A stretch of 64,000 nt of DNA from Thermodesulfobacteriota bacterium. GTDB taxonomy: Bacteria > Desulfobacterota > Desulfobulbia > Desulfobulbales > SURF-16. Both the position numbers and the translations under genes were made by a program. Under the pieces are notes generated by a model, which worked only from the letters and a program-made list of their open reading frames with translations, ran no database searches and was not told the DNA's origin. Shown in pieces: positions 1 to 9,168 of the stretch (positions are counted from its first letter, which is position 1; the number at the start of each line of letters is the position of its first letter). Where the stretch lies: NCBI GenBank assembly GCA_040755455.1, contig JBFMAY010000003.1:1-64000 (forward strand), written 5' to 3'.

Positions 1-87
1 TTTCAAACATTGGTTCAGATGGGGAAACAGACTTCTTTGGACACAACCCATCAACCATGATATCTTGTCGGGGAGCTTCATTGACAT
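1..87 (-). CDS. N-terminus of a probable IS transposase (partial, runs off window start)
   Basis: Not in the ORF track. Minus strand has RBS AAGGAG then ATG at 87, reading MSMKLPDKISWLMGCVQRSLFPHLNQCLK. This resembles from memory the N-terminus of IS1182/IS5-like DDE transposases (..Q.xLFP.L..). Confidence 0.5.
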   Translation of the reverse strand, partial: MSMKLPDKISWLMGCVQRSLFPHLNQCLK

Positions 88-211
88 TCTCCTTGGTTTT
101 GCTTTGGTGGTACAAAACAATACCATGTATATGTCATGAAGCTCAATTATTTCAATATGTTACTTGATATTTTCCCGTTAGGAAAATATTCAGTCATTTT
201 GCAAGAGGCTC
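1..211 (-). mobile_element. Probable left end of an insertion sequence
   Basis: Minus strand from 211 reads GAGCCTCTTGCAAAATGAC, resembling IS terminal inverted repeats, about 125 nt upstream of the putative transposase start. The other end is outside the window. Confidence 0.4.
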
Positions 212-256
212 ATAAATCAATTCATATAGAATCGTTGCATCTGAATTTTTCCGTTC

Positions 257-1927
257 ATGAATAAAATTCTCATTGTTGATAATAATCCGGTCATCAGGCG
301 GATACTCTCTTCTGCGCTGGAAAAAGAAAAGTATCAGGTTGAGTGTGCTGAAGATGGTCTTTCCGCTTTTGATTTCCTCGATAGGTTTGTGCCGGATATC
401 ATTTTTCTTGATCTCATCATGCCCAATATCAATGGCGAGCAGTTCTGCCAGATGATCTCAGGCAGAAAAGGCCTTGAGCATACTAAAATTGTGGTGATTT
501 CCGGGGTAGCTGTCGAAGCTGGCAGCGAATGCGAGATTAAAGGTGTTCACGCCTGTATTGCCAAGGGACCTCATTTGGTTACCCATGTCCTGGATGTTGC
601 AAGGAATATCATGGCCGATGATTTCCATCTTGCTGGAATTCATCAAGTTTTCGGGACGGAAGATCTTTTCCCACGGGAAATTTCCAAAGAACTGCTAGCA
701 GCCAATCGCCATTTAAAAGTTGTTCTGAACAACATGAGTGAGGGGATCGTCGAACTTGCTGCCGATCACAGGATTATTTTTGCCAATCCGGCAGCGGCAA
801 AACTTGCCGGCATGGCTCAAGAAAAGTTGCTTGCCTCCGATTTTACTCATTTTTTTTCAGGAAAAGACCAACTCCGCATTATCGAACTTCTGCAGCATAG
901 TGAGGGCATGCCTTGGCAAATCACCGACGATGCCCCGGTCGTATTCAACCACCAGCAGGTTACCGTAAACTTTCTTCCTGTTCATGACCGGGAGAGCTCA
1001 ACTGTTGTGGTGATAATCAAGGACATCAGCAAAACAAAGATTGCGGAAGAGCGTCTCAGAGAAACAAAAGAGTACCTTCATTCAATTTTCAATTCTGTTC
1101 AGGCAGGCATTATAGTCATTGATGTTGAAACCAATACAATCATTGATGCCAACCCACGCGCCCTTGAACTGTTTGATATTGCCAAATCGGCCATGCTGGA
1201 ACATGGCTGCAGGGAACTGCTCTGTCCCGGGTCAGAGGCGGGTGTGTGCCCCGTGTTGAAAGAGGGCAAATCAACCCATCTGGCTACCCAGGCAGTCAAA
1301 AAACACAATGGGCAAGTCATGCATATTCTCAAGACAGCGACCATCTGCATGATCAATGAAAGGCAGTACATCATAGAAAGTTTTCTTGATATCTCCGAAC
1401 AGAAAAAACTTGAGAATAAACTGCATTCACTATCCATCACCGATGAGCTTACCGGTCTCCTCAATCGCCGTGGTTTCATGATGATGGCCAAGAAGCAGCT
1501 GCGTATTGCTGACCGTAATCAGGGAAAACTCTTTTTACTCTTTGCCGACGTGGATAATCTGAAATGGGTCAATGACACATATGGGCATGACATTGGCGAT
1601 ATGCTGCTTGTCAAGGTAGGGAAATTGCTGGCTTCATTTCGTCGGTCGGATATTATTGCCCGTCTTGGCGGCGACGAGTTTGCAATTCTGCTTTCTGACA
1701 GTTCAACTACCGGGGGGGAAAAAAAACTCTCGGAACGATTTGACTCCTTACTCCATGAAGAAAACGAAAAAAAAGAGCTCGGTTTTGAGATAGGAATAAG
1801 CTTCGGGGTCGTCGCCTATGACAACTATAAACCGTGTGAAATTGACGAACTCATCGCCAAAGCTGACAAGCTGATGTATTTGTCAAAAAAAAAAGAAAAG
1901 AATATAACTCATCGATTCGATAAATAA
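257..1927 (+). CDS. Response-regulator receiver / 2x PAS / GGDEF diguanylate cyclase
   Basis: Receiver (ILIVDN..IIFLDLIMP..IAKG), two PAS-like segments (IIFANPAA, IIDANPRA), DELTGLLNRR, intact RLGGDEF with upstream RRSD I-site. Confidence 0.92.
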   Translation: MNKILIVDNNPVIRRILSSALEKEKYQVECAEDGLSAFDFLDRFVPDIIFLDLIMPNINGEQFCQMISGRKGLEHTKIVVISGVAVEAGSECEIKGVHACIAKGPHLVTHVLDVARNIMADDFHLAGIHQVFGTEDLFPREISKELLAANRHLKVVLNNMSEGIVELAADHRIIFANPAAAKLAGMAQEKLLASDFTHFFSGKDQLRIIELLQHSEGMPWQITDDAPVVFNHQQVTVNFLPVHDRESSTVVVIIKDISKTKIAEERLRETKEYLHSIFNSVQAGIIVIDVETNTIIDANPRALELFDIAKSAMLEHGCRELLCPGSEAGVCPVLKEGKSTHLATQAVKKHNGQVMHILKTATICMINERQYIIESFLDISEQKKLENKLHSLSITDELTGLLNRRGFMMMAKKQLRIADRNQGKLFLLFADVDNLKWVNDTYGHDIGDMLLVKVGKLLASFRRSDIIARLGGDEFAILLSDSSTTGGEKKLSERFDSLLHEENEKKELGFEIGISFGVVAYDNYKPCEIDELIAKADKLMYLSKKKEKNITHRFDK

Positions 1928-1957
1928 AAGCCCGCTGGTATACAGCGGGCTTTTATT
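1923..1957. terminator. Bidirectional intrinsic terminator
   Basis: AATAAAAGCCCGCTG-gtata-CAGCGGGCTTTTATT, a perfect inverted repeat with A/T tails between convergent genes. Confidence 0.9.
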
Positions 1958-1974
1958 AGGCCATTCTCATGAAA

Positions 1975-2781
1975 TCAATCAATTTTATCTTCGCTTAATC
2001 CTGACACCAGCACGGCTCCGGCCAGACCCAGCAAGCCGAGTTTTTTGGCCTTTTTCATCTCAGGCCTCAAGCGGGCCATCAGGCTTCTACGCAATGAGGC
2101 AGATGGCATCTCAGTTGGCGTGGAGGTTGTGGTAAGCAGATGCATATCCTTCTTGTTGCCATAATAGCGGCTGTTTGGACCGATATTTACCGCGGCTGAT
2201 GACAGTCCTTTGGCGCCCTTGCTCACATACTTGGCCACTTCTGAGGTCGGATCGTCAAGGTCGCCAAAAATACGGGCATTAGCCAGGCAGGTCTGTACGC
2301 AAGATGGTTCAAGACCCTGTTCAACTCTCGGCATGCAATATGTGCATTTATCAGCTATGCCCTCCCCGCCGATTTCCTCATTCTTGATGTCGGTGTTGAC
2401 GTAGCGTGCGCCATAAGGGCAGGCATCGGCACAGGCGCCGCAGCCGAGGCAGCGGTCCTGGTCGATCTGCACGGTACCATTAAAGGGATCTTTATAGGTG
2501 GCCGCAACTTCCATGGTTTTTGTTGCGCCCGTTTTTTTGTCCGTGAAGGTTTTTTCAACGACATCTGCCGGACAGACAGCAACACAGGACGGTTCATTGC
2601 AATGGTTGCACAAACCTGGATAATAGGTGGATGCGAGACCTTCCGGCGTATTGGCCGGCCCCAGACGTCTGACCCAGTTACGTTCCTTATCGACCGGGAC
2701 GTCCCATTCCGCCTTACAGGCAATTGTGCAGGCGTGGCATCCTACACATCTGTTTAAATCAATTATCATTCCATACTGCAT
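1975..2781 (-). CDS. 4Fe-4S electron-transfer subunit of a molybdopterin oxidoreductase (PsrB/PhsB/DmsB-like)
   Basis: Four Cys groups: CVGCHACTIAC, CNHCNEPSCVAVC, CLGCGACADAC, CTYC..CVQTC. RBS AAGGAGG. Short hydrophobic C-terminal tail. Confidence 0.92.
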   Translation of the reverse strand: MQYGMIIDLNRCVGCHACTIACKAEWDVPVDKERNWVRRLGPANTPEGLASTYYPGLCNHCNEPSCVAVCPADVVEKTFTDKKTGATKTMEVAATYKDPFNGTVQIDQDRCLGCGACADACPYGARYVNTDIKNEEIGGEGIADKCTYCMPRVEQGLEPSCVQTCLANARIFGDLDDPTSEVAKYVSKGAKGLSSAAVNIGPNSRYYGNKKDMHLLTTTSTPTEMPSASLRRSLMARLRPEMKKAKKLGLLGLAGAVLVSGLSEDKID

Positions 2782-2876
2782 AAGGGTTTTACCTCCTTGA
2801 TTACGTATCAGTCGTTAGAGTCTGTATACTACTATTCAAGCAGAAAACTTGAGTTTCCCGTGGACCCGAACGAAGA

Positions 2877-5108
2877 TTATGCAGGGATATCAAGCACTTT
2901 ACCGTCTTTGACAAGTTTGACAAAATTGTTGCGCATACCGTTGCAACCAGTCTCTGGATCAATGGCCAGCCTGGTAATAAGTTCCTGATCGTCAACCCCG
3001 ACGTTGGCACCTACCGTCAACAGGGGGTTCCTGGAACCATAACCATGGGCCATGTAAACAGTATCCTTGCGGATTCCCGGGGTCACCTTGACGACTGTTT
3101 TGGAGGATGAATTGACCCCTTCACTGTTAACCAGGCCAACCTCGTCACCATCCTGCAGTCCCATTTTCTTGGCTACTTCATCGTTAAGCCATACAGGGTT
3201 CACCGGCATGGCATGATGCAGCCAGACGTTGTTCTGGCTGCGGTTGAACGTATGCACCGGCGCCCGACCGTAAACCAGCCGGGTAAACCCCTTCGGCACC
3301 TCTTCAACAGGAATATAGGTGGGCACTGCCGGATAGCCATTGGTCTCAAGATCCTCATTGTAAAGCTGAACCTCGAAGTCCTCGGCCACCCCATAGGGAT
3401 CCTTCCCTTCCTGAATATGAATGCCGTCTTCTTTTTTCAGTTGTTCGATGGAAAGGTTGACTGACGCGAGTTCCTTGTCAACCTTCTCTTCGAGGCTGGT
3501 TACCGGGATTTTATCCGCATAACCCATGCGTTTGGCAATTTCGTTCATGATCCAAACGCCATCCTTGCGCTCGAACATGGCATCAACCAGAGGCATCCGG
3601 GGGGCGATGTACTGCTGGTGTTTGTCGGTAAAATTCCACTGGGTGCCTGTTTTGATAAAATCATATTTTTCCAGATAACATGGTTCAGGTAGCAGAATGT
3701 CGGCGTACATGGTTATGTCTGTGGGCATGATGTCCACACACATGATAAAATCCATCTGTTTCATGGCCGCGATGGTTTTCTGCTGATTGGGAATGGTCTG
3801 CATGGGGTTCTGGCCCCAGATGACACAGCCCTTGATCGGGTATGGCTTGCCGGAAATGCAGGCATCGCGGATCAACTCGGTCGGGGTGCCCGGCGGTGAG
3901 TAGTGGTATTTTTCCGCCATCAGCCGCAAATTATGCGCGCCGCCATGTTCCCCACTGGGCCAGCTGATCCCTTTGACCTTGACACCTTTCGGCTTGACGA
4001 AACCTCCCGGGACGCCGATTGCACCAAGGATGGCAGTCAGGCATGCCTGGGCGCGGCCCCGCTGAAAATCGTTACCATACCAGCTCACATGACGGCCCGG
4101 ATGGATGGAAACATTCGGCGCATTGGCGGCAAGAAGCTCAGCGACTTCCTGGATTTGTTTGGCCGGGACATCGCAGATCTTGGCCGCCCAGTCAAGGGAG
4201 GCATGGGAAATACCCTTTTTAAACTCTGCAAAGCCAACGCAGTGGGCCGCAACAAATTTTTTGTCATATTTGTCTTTTTCCACCAGGTAGTTCATGACAG
4301 CAAGCAGAAAGGCGGTATCCGTTCCCGGTTTGATCTGCACCCAGATATGGGATTTTGCCGCAGAGGCGGAATAACGAGGGTCGACAACAATGAGCTTGGC
4401 GCCATTCTCCAGGCCCTTGAGGTACGCCTTGATATGGGAGACATGCACGTTCTCGCCGAAGTGACAGCCGATCAGGAGAATGGCCTTGGCATTGGGCATG
4501 TCAACACTTTCGTCCGGCGGAACACTGAAAGTCGCCATATAGGCGCTGTCGCGAATGCCGCGGCATTGAAAGAACGAGGCCTCGCTCACGTTATGCGTGC
4601 CGACCACCTTCTCGAAGAAATCCATGGGATATTTAGCCGAAGCCCCATGAGGGAACATGGCTATGCCATGGCTGCCGTATTTTTCCTGAATTGCTTTCAG
4701 TTTGGAACCGCATTCATCAAGCGCCTCCTGCCAGGAAATCTGTTTCCAGACCGGCTTGCCTCTCTCCCCGACATTTTTCAGCGGGAATTTCAGGCGGTCC
4801 GGGTCATACAGCAGTTTAATGCCGGCATTGCCCCGGGCACAAATCGACTTGCCGTTATCAATGCTTTTCGGATTACCTTCCAGTTTAACAAGTTTCTTGT
4901 CACGCACTTTCCCCACCAGCTGGCAACGCCAGAAACACATTTCACAGACACCGCCGGTTACCGTCTGCGTGCCTGCAAAACTTCCAGGCGGGGTAAAAGG
5001 ATCTTTGACAAACCCGGTTTCTGCTGATACCACTTTAGCCAATGGTACGGACGCAGCAGCCAACGATGCGGTTTGCAGGAATTTGCGCCGTGTCACCTTT
5101 AAAGACAT
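2877..5108 (-). CDS. Tat-exported molybdopterin oxidoreductase catalytic subunit (polysulfide/thiosulfate reductase PsrA/PhsA-like)
   Basis: Start placed at ATG 5108 (RBS GGAGGAG). Twin-arginine signal TRRKFLQ, FeS motif CEMCFWRC..C(ARG), putative Mo-ligand Cys in SFFQCRGIRD, Mo-bisPGD motifs (VVDPRYS, ADILLP, HTFNRSQN). Confidence 0.9.
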   Translation of the reverse strand: MSLKVTRRKFLQTASLAAASVPLAKVVSAETGFVKDPFTPPGSFAGTQTVTGGVCEMCFWRCQLVGKVRDKKLVKLEGNPKSIDNGKSICARGNAGIKLLYDPDRLKFPLKNVGERGKPVWKQISWQEALDECGSKLKAIQEKYGSHGIAMFPHGASAKYPMDFFEKVVGTHNVSEASFFQCRGIRDSAYMATFSVPPDESVDMPNAKAILLIGCHFGENVHVSHIKAYLKGLENGAKLIVVDPRYSASAAKSHIWVQIKPGTDTAFLLAVMNYLVEKDKYDKKFVAAHCVGFAEFKKGISHASLDWAAKICDVPAKQIQEVAELLAANAPNVSIHPGRHVSWYGNDFQRGRAQACLTAILGAIGVPGGFVKPKGVKVKGISWPSGEHGGAHNLRLMAEKYHYSPPGTPTELIRDACISGKPYPIKGCVIWGQNPMQTIPNQQKTIAAMKQMDFIMCVDIMPTDITMYADILLPEPCYLEKYDFIKTGTQWNFTDKHQQYIAPRMPLVDAMFERKDGVWIMNEIAKRMGYADKIPVTSLEEKVDKELASVNLSIEQLKKEDGIHIQEGKDPYGVAEDFEVQLYNEDLETNGYPAVPTYIPVEEVPKGFTRLVYGRAPVHTFNRSQNNVWLHHAMPVNPVWLNDEVAKKMGLQDGDEVGLVNSEGVNSSSKTVVKVTPGIRKDTVYMAHGYGSRNPLLTVGANVGVDDQELITRLAIDPETGCNGMRNNFVKLVKDGKVLDIPA

Positions 5109-5109
5109 G

Positions 5110-5676
5110 TTACAGCTCCTCCCTCGTAAAAAAATCAATTAAATTAACCACTACCCTGTAATAAGGATGGTGTGCCTCCTCCAAAACCTTACTCTTGAAA
5201 ATCTCAAACCACGGGGTGAAAAGAGTCTCCAGAAAGAACTTCTGCCCTTCGGGATCGTCGTTGGCGAGTAAAGCCAAGAATTCCAGCTCATATACAAGAT
5301 GATCAGGAAGATCGTTTTCCCTTACCAGGGCAAACCCTTTATCGCGGTAAAATTTTTTCGTTTGTTCAGCGATGACGCCATACAGCGTCCCGTCCCCCTT
5401 ATAGTGGACCGAGGCGTAAGGAGCTGCCGCCACATGGGGAACCGCATTAATAAAAAGACGTGTATGTTCAACCTGGACATCTTCAAGAAAGTCAGCTGCG
5501 CCGGCTTTGGCCCCGATCAGCTCTTCTCTGTCTTCATACCAATGTAATTCATCCAGAAAAGATAAGAGAACAGACCAGAAATGATCGTTAAACCACTTTG
5601 CGTCAGGATAGCGCATCGACTGGGCAAGATAACGGAATACATCCGCCATGGAAATCTGTGTAGGGATTGTGTGCAT
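5110..5676 (-). CDS. TorD/DmsD-family redox enzyme maturation chaperone
   Basis: EHTRLF..PYASV..LPDHLVYELEFL motifs. Its stop lies 1 nt upstream of the Mo subunit start. Confidence 0.88.
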   Translation of the reverse strand: MHTIPTQISMADVFRYLAQSMRYPDAKWFNDHFWSVLLSFLDELHWYEDREELIGAKAGAADFLEDVQVEHTRLFINAVPHVAAAPYASVHYKGDGTLYGVIAEQTKKFYRDKGFALVRENDLPDHLVYELEFLALLANDDPEGQKFFLETLFTPWFEIFKSKVLEEAHHPYYRVVVNLIDFFTREEL

Positions 5677-5840
5677 CGGCTATTCGTATTTTTTTTATTG
5701 GGAAAAGCAATAAAGAAGTCTTTACCATAAAGCAATTTTTTTTACAGTAAAGAATTTATGAGGTCAACACCTGCTATGCACAACATGTTGAATTGTATTG
5801 ATTTTTTTCTTCGTGAATATGATAATGCTACAAGAAATGG

Positions 5841-6287
5841 TTAATGGTCGAAAATGGAGCAAACCTCTTTGATTCTGGTAAGGTATCCGGAAGGAAGTGT
5901 GGCAAGTTTGCCTTCCTTGTTCACAGAGGCATGGACGGTAAAGCCTTTGACCAGCAACTTATCGTTGGCGGAATGGAGGACATGATGATTAAAACGCCAG
6001 GAAAAATTGGAAATTTGCTGCATGGAGGTTTTAATGGTGATGAGGTCGTCATATCTGGCAGGTGCTTTATAGCGCAGATATGTTTCTACCACCGGCAGAA
6101 TAAATCCTGCATCCTCAATTTCCTTGTAGGAAAAGACATACTCGCGCATGAAATTTGATCGACCAAGTTCAAAAAAACGGAGATAGTTGGCGTTGTAGAC
6201 TACACCACCGGCATCCGTGTCTCCGTAAAGAACCCTGTAGGAACAGAGGTGAACCGGCGCTGTAAGACTGATCTGCAGTGACGACAT
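5841..6287 (-). CDS. YbgC/FadM-family acyl-CoA thioesterase
   Basis: YRVLYGDTDAGGVVYNANYLRFFELGR hot-dog fold signature. Confidence 0.88.
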   Translation of the reverse strand: MSSLQISLTAPVHLCSYRVLYGDTDAGGVVYNANYLRFFELGRSNFMREYVFSYKEIEDAGFILPVVETYLRYKAPARYDDLITIKTSMQQISNFSWRFNHHVLHSANDKLLVKGFTVHASVNKEGKLATLPSGYLTRIKEVCSIFDH

Positions 6288-6290
6288 TTA

Positions 6291-7520
6291 TTATTTATGT
6301 TGACTGTTTTTATCTAATAAAAAATGAAAAAAATCCTCGCCATTGGCAAAGCGCAGGCCGGCGTTTGCCCCGTTCTTCTCGCTGTATGTGAGGGTGTTTT
6401 TCCGTTCGGGACTGCGGGAGTCAAACAGGGCAAAAGGAACAGGAACCGCTATGTGGGTTTTCAGGCTGATCGGCGTAAAATGATCCATGCATACCACCAG
6501 ACGAAAATCCGGACCACCCTTCATGTTGTCAAGAATTTCCTGGACAATCTTTTGATCAAAATCTTCGATTGCCTGGATTTTTTCCTTAAGAAGCCCCTGA
6601 TGACCTGTCTCGTCAGGGGCTTCCACGTGCACAAGAACCAGATCGTGTTTGCGGAGAGCGCTGAGCGCTGCATCAACCTTCCCCTGGTAATTCGTATCAA
6701 GATACCCCGTGGCGCCGGGGACATTCATTACCTCCATCCCTGCATAGACCCCTATTCCTTTCAGCAGGTCAACAGCAGAAATGAGAGCTCCGCTGACCCC
6801 GAAATTCTGTTCTAGTGTGGGCATGGAGGGGGCCTTGCCCTCGCCCCACAGCCAGACGCCATTGGCGGGGAGCCTTCCCTGCTGTTGCCGGTTGCTGTTC
6901 AACGGGTGTCCTTGGAGAACCGCGCAGGCCTTTGTAATAAACTGCATCAGGTCGGGATACTGCCCATATTTTTCCCAGAATTGTGTGACATCCTGCCCGC
7001 TGTAATCATGGGGCGGAACTGTTACCAGTCCTGCCACGTTTCCCCTGTAGACAAACAGGTGACGGTAGCTGACCCCGGGATAGAGGGTGAACATGTCACT
7101 GGTGATTTCCTTGTTGATGGCGGCAATCAACTGCCGTGCGTCGGCAGTGTCGATATGTCCGCCGCTGTAGTCAACCATGGTAACCTTGTCGCCGTTTTGC
7201 GTCATGTTCACCAGGTTGCAACGAAAGGCGATTTCATCGTCTCGCAGATCTACGCCGAGGCTTGCCGCCTCCAGGGGGGATCGGCCGGTATAAACATCCT
7301 CAGGCTTATAGCCGAGAAGAGAAAGGTTGGCCACATCGCTTCCAGGATGAAAACCTTGCGGAACGGTTTGTAGCTGGCCAAGGATGCCGTGGCTGGCCAC
7401 AAAATCCATGGCCGGAGTGTCGGCATATTCGAGAGGTGTCTTGCCGTTTAATTCATTCACCGGCAGGTCGCCAATACCATCGCCAACCAAAATTATATGT
7501 TTCAAATTATTGCCCCTCAT
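6291..7520 (-). CDS. apgM: Cofactor-independent phosphoglycerate mutase, ApgM type
   Basis: LVGDGIGD, KTPLE, GSDVANLSLLG, YTGRSPLEAAS, HVEAPDETGH, DHFTP. Overlaps the hom stop. Exact start uncertain. Confidence 0.88.
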   Translation of the reverse strand: MRGNNLKHIILVGDGIGDLPVNELNGKTPLEYADTPAMDFVASHGILGQLQTVPQGFHPGSDVANLSLLGYKPEDVYTGRSPLEAASLGVDLRDDEIAFRCNLVNMTQNGDKVTMVDYSGGHIDTADARQLIAAINKEITSDMFTLYPGVSYRHLFVYRGNVAGLVTVPPHDYSGQDVTQFWEKYGQYPDLMQFITKACAVLQGHPLNSNRQQQGRLPANGVWLWGEGKAPSMPTLEQNFGVSGALISAVDLLKGIGVYAGMEVMNVPGATGYLDTNYQGKVDAALSALRKHDLVLVHVEAPDETGHQGLLKEKIQAIEDFDQKIVQEILDNMKGGPDFRLVVCMDHFTPISLKTHIAVPVPFALFDSRSPERKNTLTYSEKNGANAGLRFANGEDFFHFLLDKNSQHK

Positions 7521-8817
7521 CAACCAGGATTCTGATCTTGACCGTTTCCGCCATGGTGGTCTCCAAGGCGTTGATCTCGCTGAGAGCTTTTCTCACTGAA
7601 GCTTCCTGGGCTTCATAGGTGCGCATGACGATGGGGACTTTACTTTTCTTTTCCCGGCCCTTCTGGATCACCGACTCGATGCTGATGTCGTGTTTGCCCA
7701 GAATGCCGGAAATGTTGGAAAGAACACCCGGTTTGTCGAGGGTGGTGAATCTGAAATAATAGGGGCAGCGCAGTTCCTCGATCGGGGTGATGGGGCGTGG
7801 GGCGATATGTTTTTGCAGATAGGACAGGCTTGGCACCCGGTTAATTGACTGATGAATGATATTTCTTGATATATCGACAACGTCGGCAACAACCGCACTG
7901 CCGGTGGGCATCTTCCCTGCCCCTTTACCGTAGAGCAGCACATTTTCTACCATATCCCCGGTGAAATAAAAGCCGTTGTAAGCACCATTAATATTGGCCA
8001 GCATGTGTTGCTCCGGCACCATGGTAGGATGGACACTTGCCTCAATATGGTCGCCGTGGTTACGGCTGATGGCCAGGAGTTTGATCCGGTAACCGAATTC
8101 CTTGGCAAACTGGATATCTATCGGTTCAATACGGGAAATGCCCTCGCAGTTTATGTCCTGGAGGCGGACAGCCATCCCATAAGCCAGGGTCATGAGAATG
8201 ACCAGCTTATGCGCCGTGTCGATACCTTCGATATCATAAGTGGGGTCAGCCTCCGCATACCCCTTTTTCTGAGCATCTTTTAAGACCTTCTCAAAAGGGG
8301 TAGCGTGATCAGTCATCTGGGTGAGGATGTAATTGGCCGTACCATTCATTATCCCCATGATGGACAGAATTTTGTTGGCAACAAGCCCCTCCTTTAATGT
8401 TTTGATAAGAGGAATCCCTCCACCAACACTGGCTTCAAAACCCACTTCCACATTTTTTCCCGCAGCAGCCTGAAATATTTCCATGCCGTGTTCCGACAGC
8501 AGAGCCTTGTTGGCGGTGACCACATGTTTGCCCTGGGCGATGGCCGCAAGAATAAATTTTTTGGCAAGGGTTGTCCCGCCAATCAGTTCAATGACAATAT
8601 CAATGTCCGGATCATTGATAATATCATTGGCATCGCGGGTCAATTCAGTGGGGGTAAGGTAGCCTGGCAAGGCATTTACCGATATGTCAGCCACTTTTTT
8701 CAAAACAATGGGTAGGCCTGTTCTTTTTTTGATACGCTCAGCCTGTTCATATAGCACCTGCGCTGTCCCGCTGCCTACCGTGCCAAAGCCAATGAGTCCA
8801 ACCCGTATTTCCTTCAT
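7507..8817 (-). CDS. hom: Homoserine dehydrogenase with ACT domain
   Basis: GLIGFGTVG, HVVTANKA, FEASVGGGIP, GYAEADPTYDIEGIDTAHK, C-terminal DKPGVL ACT domain. Confidence 0.96.
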   Translation of the reverse strand: MKEIRVGLIGFGTVGSGTAQVLYEQAERIKKRTGLPIVLKKVADISVNALPGYLTPTELTRDANDIINDPDIDIVIELIGGTTLAKKFILAAIAQGKHVVTANKALLSEHGMEIFQAAAGKNVEVGFEASVGGGIPLIKTLKEGLVANKILSIMGIMNGTANYILTQMTDHATPFEKVLKDAQKKGYAEADPTYDIEGIDTAHKLVILMTLAYGMAVRLQDINCEGISRIEPIDIQFAKEFGYRIKLLAISRNHGDHIEASVHPTMVPEQHMLANINGAYNGFYFTGDMVENVLLYGKGAGKMPTGSAVVADVVDISRNIIHQSINRVPSLSYLQKHIAPRPITPIEELRCPYYFRFTTLDKPGVLSNISGILGKHDISIESVIQKGREKKSKVPIVMRTYEAQEASVRKALSEINALETTMAETVKIRILVDEGQ

Positions 8818-9029
8818 ATCTATCCTAATAGCCTAATTAATTTAATATTTTTTGTATGAAAAGGGGATAAATTTCATCCAAATTCGGTGAAAAAGAATAA
8901 ATATTTACCTGCTTTGCTAGCTGATGTCAAAAAATATCATTAATTAAAGCGCAAAAACGTTGGGAAAACTAAAAATAAAATCCGCACAATTTTATAGTTG
9001 CAGGCCGGGGGAATTTGCTCATTTTGTCA

Positions 9030-9058
9030 TTGACAGCTTGGAAAAGATCATCTAGGTT
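9030..9058 (+). promoter_or_regulatory. Putative sigma70 promoter of the multiheme cytochrome gene
   Basis: TTGACA-N17-TAGGTT in the AT-rich divergent intergenic region. Confidence 0.5.
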
Positions 9059-9168
9059 AACTGTATATTTAATTGATACAAAATTATGTTAACCATTCAA
9101 TATTAAATGTAAAAAAAGGTGAGGAGCAGGAAGCTAGCATTAATTAATTGAAAGCTAAAGGAGGATTC

